Part shown: piece after piece, positions 37,087 to 49,890 of the stretch | Layout of the letters: every line of letters begins with the position of its first letter | Position numbering within the stretch: the first letter of the stretch is position 1 | From: Chromera velia | Taxonomy: Eukaryota | Reading direction: 5' to 3' | Length of the DNA: 57,715 bases | Assembly (NCBI GenBank): GCA_018398765.1 | Contig: JAHBMJ010000074.1 | Coordinates: 1 to 57,715 of the forward strand | Program-made: the position numbers and the translations under genes | The notes under the pieces: model-generated | Told to the model about the DNA's origin: nothing | Databases searched by the model: none | Seen by the model: only the letters and a program-made list of their open reading frames with translations

Positions 37087-38805
37087 CCAACAGGAGGAAA
37101 AAAAGAAGATGCAGTTCTAACGCACCCACCCAACAAAGAATTGAGACAAGAACGAGACATACTTTAGCCACACGGGAAGACAAAGAACCGCACCGCATTG
37201 AAACAGTCTCTGAGGGAGAGAGACAAATTTTAAACGGACAAACACACCAACCGCTGTGAGGCTGCTCTCTGTCGAGGGGAGCGTCATTTGGGCCGAACAA
37301 ATTCTTGAAATAAGAGGTCCGCGCGGTATCCGGAAGCATCCGGAAGAAGTAGTCATGCTCCAGGGCAAAAACCTCATGAGGCTCCCAGCTCCGAGTGACC
37401 TTCCAGCTCGCCTGTCTGCACGCACGCACGCAGCATTGACATGCAGACACTTCGCGGAAAGGATACGATATTCCTTCATACAGACAGCCGCCGTTTGGTG
37501 CCGCCATTATTGCGGCGAGCCTTTGTTGTTTGCATTTGAGCGCTCGGACGGGCTGCCTGCCCGCCGCTTTCTGAAGGGATCACACGGCATGCCTGCAAAG
37601 AAATTGGATCACCCTCCTGACCACCCTCCCTCCCTGAAACGGTTTTTCTCAACAGCACTTTGGGCAAATTTCGACGACCAACAGACTCAAGATTGGCAAA
37701 GAGCGCGCACGAAAGAGAGAGAGAAAGAGAGAGGGAGGGGGGAAGGAGAGAGAGAGAGAGGAGGCACCGCCCCATCCGGTGAAATCACAGGCACCTTCAT
37801 CTTTGTAGGGCGCCCGCTCACTCACTCTCATACTCACACACCGGCGCAAAGACAGCCAGCTCAACAAACAGAGAAAAGAAAAGAATTGTTGTGGACGCAG
37901 AAAAGAAACGATGCGGAGAGGAAAGCGTCTGCATGGAAGCTCAAACTCTCAATTCTGCTGGCTGGACCGGCAGATGAACTGACTAACTGACTGACTGACG
38001 GATATCGTTCGGGGAACATATCCTTCCTTTCCCGCAGGACCATCGCCTGAGGCAAGAAGGGCACAAGCACAGGAGGAGGGCTCTTCCTCTTCCCTCCTCT
38101 CGACTTCGGAGAGGAAGAGGAAGAGGAACCGAATCCCATATGGAACCCCACGGGTCCAGCTGCCCCCCCGGGGAGTGAAAGGAAGAGAGGGGGACTTGAG
38201 GACATTCGGTCCCTGTCGACCTGTCGGGACAGCGCCCCTGCCCGCATCAGTTGCACGTAGCGCTCTTGGTCCGTGTGGTAGTAAGAGGGGCTCACCCATT
38301 CTAGCATCACGCACCCTGCAGAGAGAAAGAGAAAGAGAGGGAAGTGAGAGAAGAGGTAGGGAAGAATTCAATCGCTACGCAGACAGAGAGGGAGAGAGAG
38401 AGAGAGCGGTGAATCTGTCAAACAGACCCCCTCCCCTTTTCCTTTCTTTCTTTCTTTCTTTCCATTTCGAATCTTCACGCCCCCCCCCAAAAAAAGAGTC
38501 AGACAGAGTTCGTTTTTTTCATTCGGGCTCTTTCTTTTTGTGGAAAAGGGAGAGGCGCCAGGTAAGCATCTCATTTTCTTTCTTTCTTTCTCAAACACCC
38601 CGCTGGAGAGGGGAGGAGAGAGGCTTCATTCATTCAGGTTGCAGACTCAGTCAGGCCGGTGCGCCCTCTCCCAGAGGATTCATTCGATCATTCATTCGAC
38701 CTTTTCCCGTGCATCCACTCTCACTCTATGTCTGTCTGTCTGTGCATCTTTCCTTCGTTCTCCTCTCCCCTCTGTCTTTTCTCTCCCTCTCTTCTCTCCC
38801 TCTCT

Positions 38806-38847
<42 letters not shown>

Positions 38848-39959
38848 CGTGAGTGAGTGAGTGTGTGCGTGTGTGTGTGAGTGTGTGTGAGTGTCTTGTC
38901 TTGTCCAGCTGACGGACCAGGAGCACGGCATCTGACTGCCCACGTCACCCCTCCAGAACTCAGGCTGCCTCCTGCCTCACTCTCTGTCCCAGCAGTATGT
39001 TGAGATTGAGAGGAATCCCGCCTCCCTCCCCCCCGTCTCCCCCATGCACCGTCACGACCACTCGTCATCGAACCCCCAACCCCAACCCCAGATGCGCTTC
39101 GAGACACACCACCACCCTGCCCCCCTCCGGCAGAGGCAGAGGCAGAGGAGGCAGAGCCCATCCCCGGGATGGCCATGACCTCCAATTTCGTCCAGAACTT
39201 CTTCGAGGGCGCCATCAGGGAGGGGTCAGGAAGAACAGAGAGATGCTCGTTCTGCATACAGAATTTAATACATAAATTTAATACAAATAATACATTAATA
39301 ATTCTGTATGAAAGTAAATGCATGAACTTCCTCGAGGGCGCCATCAGGGAGGGGTCAGGAAGAACAGAGAGATGCTCATTCTGCAGACCGACAGACAGAC
39401 AGATAGACACAGACTATGTGACTTCTCTTTTTCTTTTTTTTTTCTTCTTCCTTTTGAAACGAAAGCAAAGCAAGACAAACCATCCAGACAATCAAAAAAA
39501 GCACCGACAATTAGACACGCGGAAGAGGGCCCGAAGGAGACACAAATAAGCGACCCTCCCTTGCGTCTGCTCCCCCGATGAGATTTCACGAGATTTCTTC
39601 AAGTCAAACGCTGCTTCAAAAAAGAGAAACAGTAAAAAGAAAAGAAACACAAAAACACAACCATAAGACAAACAAGAGACAAGCAGGCACCGTCAAGTCA
39701 GAGAGGGGTGGGTAGCGGTGCGGTATGGGGCTCCTCCTAGCGGAGGGGTGTCCTCTTCTGCCCTCCATTTTTGCTTTCGTGGTGGAGGGAGAAGCCCTCT
39801 CTCTCAGCGGTAACGATGGACAGGCTATATGCTTCTTCTTCTCTCTCCTTCCTTCATGTGAACGATAGACAGACTGACAGACAGACAGACAGCCAGCCAA
39901 ACAAAACAACAACAGACAAAACCATCCTCCCTCCCTCTGTCTCTCTCTCTTTTTCTCTT

Positions 39960-39995
<36 letters not shown>

Positions 39996-42900
39996 TCGAT
40001 GTGTGTATTTTTTTATTTGTTTGTCTATGTGCCTGCATGCACGTGTGTGATTTCTCTTCCCATTGTTTTCTGAATTCTCCCTCATCCACTGTCTGCCTGC
40101 CTGCCTGTCTTACCTCTTTCTGTGCGTCGTTCTTGACTGCTTCCAAAATGGGGGGGAGAATAGGCACGGGGATGAAGACCAGTCCTCTTCCAAGGGGGGA
40201 GGGAGGGGTTGATCCCGAAGAAGACGAACTGGAGACTTTCTGTTGAATCAACCCCATGGCGGCAGCAGGTGAAGACAAGGACAAAGCCCCCCGACTCAGC
40301 TGGTGTGCCTCTTGTTGCCGCTGTTGCTGCTGTATCGGTGGGGGCGTTGGCGTGTGGGGATGCAGCGAGGGCGTGGAAGAGGAAGGCGACGGTTGCATGG
40401 ACTGCAGAGGGGAGATGCCTGAGGGCGGTGAGGGGGGATTCGTCGAGGGTCCCTGAGGTCTCTGCTGCCCGGGCAGTTGTGTCTGTGTCTGCGCCAGTGC
40501 TTCTTCCTGTGCTGTGGCTGCCGTCTTCTGCTGCTGAGCTTGGCCTTGTCCGTGGGGTTGCGGCCACGAGGCGGCGGCGGAAGCGGGCTGTGACACGACC
40601 CCGACCCCCGCGTTCTCTCCTCGTCCCCTCCCTGGAAGTGCCGCCGCCGCCGCCGCACCTGTTGCTGTTGCTGGTGTGGCCCCAACCACGTTGATCTGGT
40701 CTCGTTCTCTCTCTCTCTGCTTCTCGTCCTGCTGCTGCTGCTGCTGCTGCTGTTTTGAGACCCTTTCGAGAGGCCGGTCCTGCAGTTGAACATTCAATGA
40801 AACGCAGACAGATAAGATAGTCTAGCAAGAGACAGACGGAAGGAGTTTCCATCACCAATTAGCAGGTGCTTAAGTCTGTTTTTTTGCTTCTCCTCGCATA
40901 GAATCATGCAAAGATTCATGCACATACAGACAGAAAGAGTCTCCTCCCTGTCTCGCAGGAGCGGCGTCTCGCCTTTCCTTTCCTCTCCGCTCCTCTCCTG
41001 TTCTTTTCTTCTTCGTGCTTCTCACGGACGGACGGACGGACGGACGGAAGGAAGGCAGGAAGGAAAGAAAGGAGGAAGGGAGGGAGGAAAGAAGGGAGGA
41101 AGGAAGGAAGGAAGGTGGAGAAAGGCCCACCAACCAGCCAACGGACACGCGATAACTTGAGGCCCATGCATGGATGCACCAACCCACCTACCGACCGACC
41201 TACGTACCTGCATTCTCTTCATTTCCGACCATGCGGGGAGGTCCTTTTGGGACTTGTGGGTGGGAACCGCAGAAGGTCTCTGGAGTGCTCGGTCGAACAG
41301 GAGACGCCGTTTGGCAGCCCTCATTTGCTGAAGAGTCTCCGTGTCTTCTGCGTCGTCTGGAAGGCCTCTCGGCCTTTGAACGGCCACATAGGGTCCCGGC
41401 TGCTGCTGCTGATGCTGCTGTGCGTTCTTCCCAATGTTCTCCTGCTGCTGCTGTGAGAGTCTGCTGACGGATCTCCTCAGGTGCTCTTGCTGTTGGAAGG
41501 AGGAGACGGAAGAAGAAGAAGAGGAGGAGGAGGCAGCCGATGCAGAGGCAGATGCGGCGAGGTCTGCAGCAGCGTGCTCGAAGACCGCCACCCGTCTCCT
41601 CTCTGCATCCCTCCACGCGGATGTCAAGCAGGTCAACAGCCCGGTCTGCTGACGGGCCTGCACAATGCAGGTATGAAAAGCACCCATCCATTTGAACAAC
41701 AATCAAGGAAGGAAAAATATCTCTAAGAGGGAACGCAAAGATGACTGTTTCTAAGTATTGAGAGAGAAAATGAAAGGGCAGTATTGTTTCGCCAAAGCCT
41801 CAAGAGAATGAGCGTACTCGCAGCCTTGAGGGGGGCTTCCGTTCATCCCCCCAGTCTCCCTTGTCAAATTGTGATTGAAACAAGTACCCACCCATAAACC
41901 GACTTACCCACCTCAGAACAGTCCACCGCCCTACTCCAACGATCCCTATGGGCCCAGTGCTTTGACACCTGCAGACAGACAGACAGACAGGCAGACAGAC
42001 AGACAGACAGGCAGGCAGGCAGGCAGGCAGACAGGCAGACAGGCAGACAGACAGGCAGGCACGCAGGCAGACAGACAGGCAGACAGGCAGACAGACAGAC
42101 AGACAGACAGGCAGACAGACAGGCAGACAGACAGACAGGCAGACAGACAGACAGACAGACAGGCAGGCAGGCAGACAGGCAGGCACAACAAGAATTAAAA
42201 TTGTTTTTTCTTCCGCCAGGGGGAACGGAGGCAAAGGGAACAAAGAAAGACACTTACGCATGCACCACAGGACTAAAACAAAACAATCTTTCGAACCAAC
42301 CCGGCGCCATGCACATCTTTCATTCAAGAATTTCTGTGCATGGAGATTTGACTGATGCTGCTTTCTCGACACACACGGCACTGGCATTGGCACTGACGCA
42401 AGCAAGAGAGAGGAAGAAAGAAGTCGCACTGGGGTTCTCACGACTCCCCTGCCCTCCCCTCGACTGACTGACTGACCAACTGACTGACTGACTGACCTGC
42501 TCATTCAGAGCGATGCGTTTCCACGGATTTCCTTTTAGAGCTTCTCTGCTGCCCACTCGATGCTCCGATAGAGTTGGTCTGGCTTCCCTGCCGTCCTCCT
42601 TACTGAGATTTCCAGAGTAATGCGAGGCTGCTCTCCTTTTTTCTTCCTCTGTGTCGTCCGTCTTTTCCTCCTGCTTCATTTTCTCCTTCTTCTCCCTCTC
42701 TGCTTCTGCTCGGCGGAAAAAACGCGCCCCCTCGACTGAGCCTCCCATCGCCCGCGATTCCCCAAAAAGGCGGCCGGCCCACAATCCCTCCACCGCAGCA
42801 GCAGCAGAGGAGGAAGAGGAAGAGGAGGAAGAATGCCCTGCTGCTGCTGCTCGTTGATCTCCTCCTGTGAGGAGGCCTAGCTCTTCCTTGACAGCCCTCG

Positions 42901-45537
42901 AAATGATCTCAGCCCTCGTGCTGGCACGACACGAAAGGTCTCTCTGTGCTCCTGCTGCTGGTGCCACCAGCGATCGCATGAAATTGCCCTCCTCACAGGA
43001 CGGGAAAGAGAGGAACGTTTCGGCACTTCCGCCTCCCCCCAGACCTAGGAAAGGACCAAGGGAAGCGAAGACAAAACGGGAATCGACCGACGAGGGTGAG
43101 GCTGCAGAGTACCTCTCGGCAGGGGGGGGAGGAGGAAGACAGTCGGACATTCGGGGAGAGTGGACAGCAGACAGAGGCGGTGAACGAGTTTCTCTTTCAC
43201 GTTTCACGCCCACACCAGCTGCTCCTGCAGCAGAGGGAAGGCGTAAAGCGTCTGCCTGATTCCTCCGGTGATGTGCCTCTGCTGCTGCAAGATTTTCTTC
43301 TTCATGCCTCTCACCCTCTCTGTCACCTTCCCCCCCTCCCTCATCAGAACTTCCGCTTCCTCCTCCACCCGCTAGTGGAGCAATCGATGACGGTGCTGAG
43401 GCGACGGCAGACTGCTCCACTCCCATACCACAAACACTTACACTTCCTCCTCCCCCAGCCCCACGAGAGCCAGTTCTCCCCCCACCCCTAGAAGCCCCGC
43501 CCCCACCCATCGATATCGATACACTTCCTCTCCGACTGCTTCCACCTCCACCCGTACCTTTCTCTTTCTCTCTCTGCTGAGTCTTTTTAACCCCCCCCCC
43601 TCTTCCCCCTTTTCCCTTTTCCGACGCTGCATCTACCGGCTGACTCTGGATGGTGTCGTGAACCGACTGACTCCTCAGCACACGCGCCGTCCCACCACTC
43701 CCTGCAGCACGCGTGGCCGCATGGTTTTGCTTTCCGCCCTTCTCTTTTTCCCTTTCGGCCTCTCCCATCATCTCACACGAACTGTCGTAAGGAGTCAAGG
43801 AAAGGAACCAACGGCCACTACCCGCCCCTCCCCGCTGCCCCTGCTGCCTCGCCTTTTTCGCCCCCTTCTCCCCCCATGCCCCAACCGTCGAGCCCGGCTC
43901 CGACCCTTCCCCCCGGTGGTCTTGTGAGGAGGCCCTGCTGCTGTCTACAGAGTTCGGTCTCTTATTGCATTTTGTTTTGCCTGCCTGGCCAGTCTTTTGC
44001 AGCCCCGGAAGACAGGAAAGCACTGAGGACGCAAGCAAGGAAGCAAAGCTCAAGCAAGCGTCGCCACGCCCTCCCCCAGTCTCGGCCGAGACGACTGCCG
44101 GCGCTCCCCTCATGAAATTTTGGGAGAGGGGGGGAAAGTGGACGAATGCAGTTCCACTTGAGGGGGCATGAGAGGCGGCTTCCTCGCTCGGTGCATGAGA
44201 CTGAGACTGGGAGTGAGGCAGAGAAAGAGAAAGAGGAGAATGGGACGGCGGTGCGAATAGATTTGACTGTTGGTTGAATGTGCGGAGTCGCTCTGAAATC
44301 TCACGTAATTGCCTGAGTTTCTCTTCCTCTTCTTTCACACAGAAGAACTCTTTTTTCGAGCCCTGTTCCGGCTTTAATGATGCAAATGCCCCCCCCTCCG
44401 AGACTGGTTTTGCTTCCTTTACCTTTGCACCTGTCTCTTTGGTGGCGCTTTTTGACAAAGTGACAGCAGCAGGTTGGGAGGCAAGAAAGTAGGAGAAAAA
44501 TCTGCCCCCACGGGGCGAAAAAGAAGAAGAAGAAGAGGGCAGCATGTCTTTGCCCCTCTCTTCTGACGCCAGCGGAGCCTCGGGATGAATTTGGCTCTCT
44601 CGATGGGTATCGCTTGTCAGGGGAGGAGGCGGAGAATTCCGAGGGCACGACAGGGGTACAGGAAGATGGAAACGACAGAATGCGAAGGATACGTTTGAAT
44701 GTTCAATGCCATCGCTTTGAGACATACTCTCAAAACACTCATCCCTTATGTTTGCACCGTCCGCTCTTTTATGCTTTCCCGACACAACCTCCCTCTTGTG
44801 CGCCCCCCCACCCTCGCAAGGTTTCCCCCCACCTCCCTTCACCCCTTCCTCTTCCTCTTCTTTCTTTACGGGCCTGTGGCTTTTGCCTTCCTGTTTGGTG
44901 ACCAAAAACTGGGCCTCCACTTCCTTCTCTGCCTCTGTCTCTCCCTCTTCCTCCTTCACTATACCCCCCCCGCGCCCCGCCATCTCTCTTTCTTCCGCTC
45001 CGACCCCGTCTTCTCTCTCATCTCTCTCTCTCCCTCCGCCTGCAGCTGCTGCCTCCGGACCCGCATGCTGAGATGAGGAAAGCGGCATCATGGGGGGACC
45101 CGATGAGGAGGCTACTCTCTTCCACCACTTCCGGAGGGATGCAGCACCTCCGCCCCTGAGTGCTCGTTTCTCGTTCTCTTTCTTCGTCTGGCCCATCAAA
45201 CACATGGCCAGAGCTTTTGGGTGCCCTTCCCCCGACAGGGGGGACAGAGGGCTCACATACGCGTTGACCGAGAAAGACCCAACGCGGTCTTGGACCCTCG
45301 GAGAGGGCGGCACAGCGTGGCACAGACCGAGGGGATCCACAGAATCTCTCCGGCCGTGTTGTTCAGCCATTCTTCTGCTGTCGGCCTCGACGGAGACCCA
45401 GGGGTACAGCCACGGATCTGTTCTTCGAACTTCTTCCAAGAACTCATGTATTCCCCTGACCGAGAAGGCAGGATCACAAAAAATGCTCTCAGCTGCATTC
45501 ACGATGGACTCGAAGGGACGGAAGGCTTCGCTCCACT

Positions 45538-45578
<41 letters not shown>

Positions 45579-45595
45579 GACTCAAAGAGAGAGAG

Positions 45596-45630
<35 letters not shown>

Positions 45631-47017
45631 CAGAAAGAGAGACCAGACAGACAAATGGACTGTTTGGTGTCTTGTTTTTTTCTTTCTAGACGGAGAGACA
45701 CACAGACAGGCTTTGTGACTTCTTTTTTTCATTTGTCTTTCTTTTTCCTTTTGAAAAAGAAATACAGACGGACAGACAGACAGACAGAGCAACAGAACCG
45801 CAGAGATGGAAGAGGACATGTGTGAGAGAGAATCCGTGACGTGCAAAACAGGAAACGCAAGTTTGCCAACGGCACACAAGGCTCCAAAGCCGCATTTTGG
45901 ACACTGACGCAAGAAAAAATACATCAAACAAACATGCAAGAACTTTGCCGTGAACGAAAGAGAGCAGGACAGTCGATCAAATCAGCCGCACGTGTTGCCT
46001 GCCTGCCTGACTAGCCCTCGGTCACTCTCTCAGTCAGACTTTTTGCTGGTGCTTTTGTTCTGTCTGTCTGAGAAGTCTGCCCCGTCCGCTGTCTGCATGA
46101 GTGAGAATTTTCGCCTCATGCATTTGCCTGCCCTTCCCCTGCCCGTCCTCTTCTCGTCTCCTCTCGTCTCGTCTCGTCTCACCCAGTGAGCAGGCTGTGA
46201 AGCTCCACCAGACAACTCCTAGAAGTGGGATCTTCGAGCGAAGACTAAAAGTTTTCTCGTCGAGTTGGAATCCGATCTTCTGCATGGATGGACAAGAAGA
46301 ATGGAAGGAGGAAGGAAGGAAGGAAGGAAGAAGTGGAAAGCGGAACAGGAGGACACGGAGGACAGGCTTTGGACCAATTCTTTTTTTGTTCTCATAAATG
46401 ACACGTTCCCAGTGACGAGGCAGCATGCATGTAAATCAACGAACACTTTTTACAGACCCCCCACACGTAGAGCAAACAAAGAGAAGCGACGTTTCTTGAA
46501 TGAAGCTGCTCAACAAAAGTGTCCTATTCACAGCTCTGTGATGCATGTATGTGCATATACACAAAACGGACGACTGAGAATCACAATTCTCGGTTTTGTT
46601 TATTTTTTCTTTCTTTCAATAGCCCGCTGTCTCACTTCTCGTTCTAAGATTTCGTGACGTCATTTTTTTTCATAGGCGTCATCCAAACAGAGGAGATGCT
46701 AAGCACGCGACTGAAAGAAACTCTTTGAGAAAAAATAAGGCAAGCACACGGCCCCACGCGGCTACTGCACACAAAATTGAAAGGAAAAGCGAAATGACAG
46801 ACAGACAGACAGACAGACAGACGGACAGACTATATATTTCTTCTTCTTCTCCCTCCTTTTCTTCATGAACACAATAGACAAAAAGAAAGAGAGAACAAAG
46901 ACAAAAGAACGTCACCAACAATCAAACAGCTTGGGCAGGGGGCCCGAAAGGTGAGAGTTAAGACAGACAGACAGACAGACAGACAGATAGACAAAGAAAG
47001 AACGAATGAACGAACAA

Positions 47018-47057
<40 letters not shown>

Positions 47058-47109
47058 AAAAAAAAAGAAAGGAAAGAAGGAAGGAGAGGAAAGAGAGAAA
47101 GAAGGAGAA

Positions 47110-47141
<32 letters not shown>

Positions 47142-48223
47142 AGAAACGGACGCACCGCCACGTCACCTCCGTGAATCGGAACGTTACACATCCACTCTAG
47201 CAGCAGCGCCAATCCCGCCCCACGGTAAAGTGCAAAGATGGGCTCTCCACCAAGTCTGCCGGCAAGCTGGACCGCCAGTTCATTTCTCTGTGCCTTCTTC
47301 TCCAGAATCGCTTTTTTTAGCTCGGCAGCGCTCTGAGCAGGCTTCCCCCCTCCCCCCCCCGACGCTGAGGCCCCGTCGCCCTCTTTCTCCTTCTCTTTTT
47401 CTTCGAGCGCGTGCAGCTGGAACTGAGCCTGCATCACTTCGCTTCTGATTTTGCGCCAACGGAGGAGGAGGAAAAGTAAAGTGAAATCCGTGCCTGACAT
47501 CAGTAGTAATATCTGCAAGGAAAGGGTGCGTGCGGGCAGAGGAGGAGAGACAGGAAGGACGGAAGGAAGGAAGGAAGGAAAGAAGGAAGAAAAGAGCGCC
47601 TCGTCCGTCTATGCATTCGAACGGTTTCAAGTCAAGAAGACACATGTATGCATGCAGACGGCATCCATCCTCTGAAATTTCACAGTAAAAAAACAGATAA
47701 ACAGATGCATCCATGCATGCTGCATGCATGCATGCATATGGGGGGTACGCGTGCACCAAGGGACACGCACAGGAGAGCTCACAGGAAGGAGCACACGGAC
47801 ACTCACTTGACGCATCGATCCACCACATTGATACATTGATTGATTGATCGAGAAATGCAGCAGAGAGAGCGAGAGAGAGCATCCATCCCTCCATCCATCC
47901 AATCTCTGTCTCTCTTCTTCTTCTCTCTGTGTGTTGCTTTCACAGTCGGCGGGCAGGACTCAATGAACGACCGACCGACCGACCGAACGGACTCACGACG
48001 ACTGATCGAACGAAGCAGAACAAGTGGAGTGGAAAGAATTAAGGATCGAGAGAGAGAGAGAGAAGAGAGACGGACCGCTTGAAGGATTTGCCGCTTCACT
48101 TCTCTTTGGGCGATGGGAAAAAGATGCTGCGAGTCCTTCCACAGGGACCTCAGGTCGTGAAGGGGAGCTCGAGGCAGACCCCATGGAAGCGGCTTCGAGA
48201 CTCTGCACACAAACGCACGCACA

Positions 48224-48273
<50 letters not shown>

Positions 48274-49677
48274 CGTCATTTATCCAACATTTTCAGAAGA
48301 AAAGACCGTTGACACATGTGCATGCACGCATGTGTAAGCACATCGTGTGTAAGCACATCGTGTGTGCTTTATCAGTATCTCCAACGAACAGCGACTCCAG
48401 CTGACAGGGAGGGACGCACAGCGAGGAAAGGCCGAAATGGGACACCCGACCTTCAGACTCACTCGCTCACTGACTCACTCGCATATTTCCTCCCGGAACT
48501 TTTCCTGTTCAGTCTCGATTTCCGCCGTCCGCTTTTCAATTTCCGTCACGCTCGCCTTGTCGGTGTACATCTGGAAGGGCTCCCAAGTTTCGGTATCATG
48601 GTGTCCTGCAACACACACACCCCTCCCCCACAGAGAGAGGGAGAAAGAGAGAGAGAGAGATGAATGAATAATTGAATCGGGCATTCAATCAATCCTCTTC
48701 TGCCCTGGACAAGAATTTAAGAATAGCTTGCTTGTTCGATCAGTGCTCTCACGTGTTGTCTCTTTCTTTCCTCCAAGGTTGGCTGGCGAGCTCGCGCTTG
48801 AACGAACGCGCAGGCCTACCCTCAGAAAGGGAAAGGAAGGGCAAGGCAGAAAGAACAGAGAAAAGATCGAAAGCGTTGTTGCTTTAGAGAGAAAAGGGAG
48901 GTTGGGAGAGCTGTGGTGAACGTGTTCATTCATTCATTAATTCATCATGTAGCCAGCCAAGCAGGCAGGAGTTCCTAGACGGACGTCTGACGGGTTGGTC
49001 GGTCGGTGGATATAGCTATCCACAAATAGATAGATGGACTCACGAGGAGACACGGCGGGAAGAGAGGACAGCAGATCAGGGCAGAGGAGAGACACATAAA
49101 TAAGGTCTTTGTCATGGAGAAACACCGACAGGTTTTTTAACGATATTTGCCTGCCAGCATTCGGCACGCCTCCCTGCTCTCCACTGCACGAACCAAACTA
49201 AGTGTTCCCCCGTCCTGAAAATGTCACACACTGATCAAAAGATAGTCGTCATTGATTCATTCATCCGTTCTGGCTCACTCACTCACTCACCTTTCTCTGC
49301 GAAGCGCATGCAGGATAGAGGACCCCACAGAGGTTGCATGTCAGGGTCTTGTGTGTAATCAATCGGCCCCCGTCGCTGCTGCTGGAAAAGTTTGAGGATC
49401 GGTTCGTCCTCCTTTGGGGCCTTCCCTGGGGGGTGGCGCCTGTGGGGCTTGTAAAAATGCTGAATCAGGCGGGGCTTCCGGGCACCCTCCAGCCAGGGAC
49501 TCCCGGGACACACCTGGAAAGAAAGAAAGGAAAGAAAGGAGAGAGAGTAAGCAAGTACCAAGAAGGAAGCCAGGTGGCAGACAGACAGAGAGAGAGAGAG
49601 ACCCAAAGACTGAAAGAAAAAGGAAGACACAGACACACAGAGGTAGGAGGAAAGAGGCAGACTCAAACGCAGAGACC

Positions 49678-49711
<34 letters not shown>

Positions 49712-49857
49712 AAGATTACATTATTTCATTCCCTCCACTTCTTCATGAGCAGACAGACTGTATGTTTTTTCTTCTCCCTTCTTTTCTTCATGTACATAAC
49801 AGACAAAAAGAACAGACAGACCATATGTTTCTTCTTCTTCTCCCTCCTTTTCTTCAT

Positions 49858-49890
<33 letters not shown>

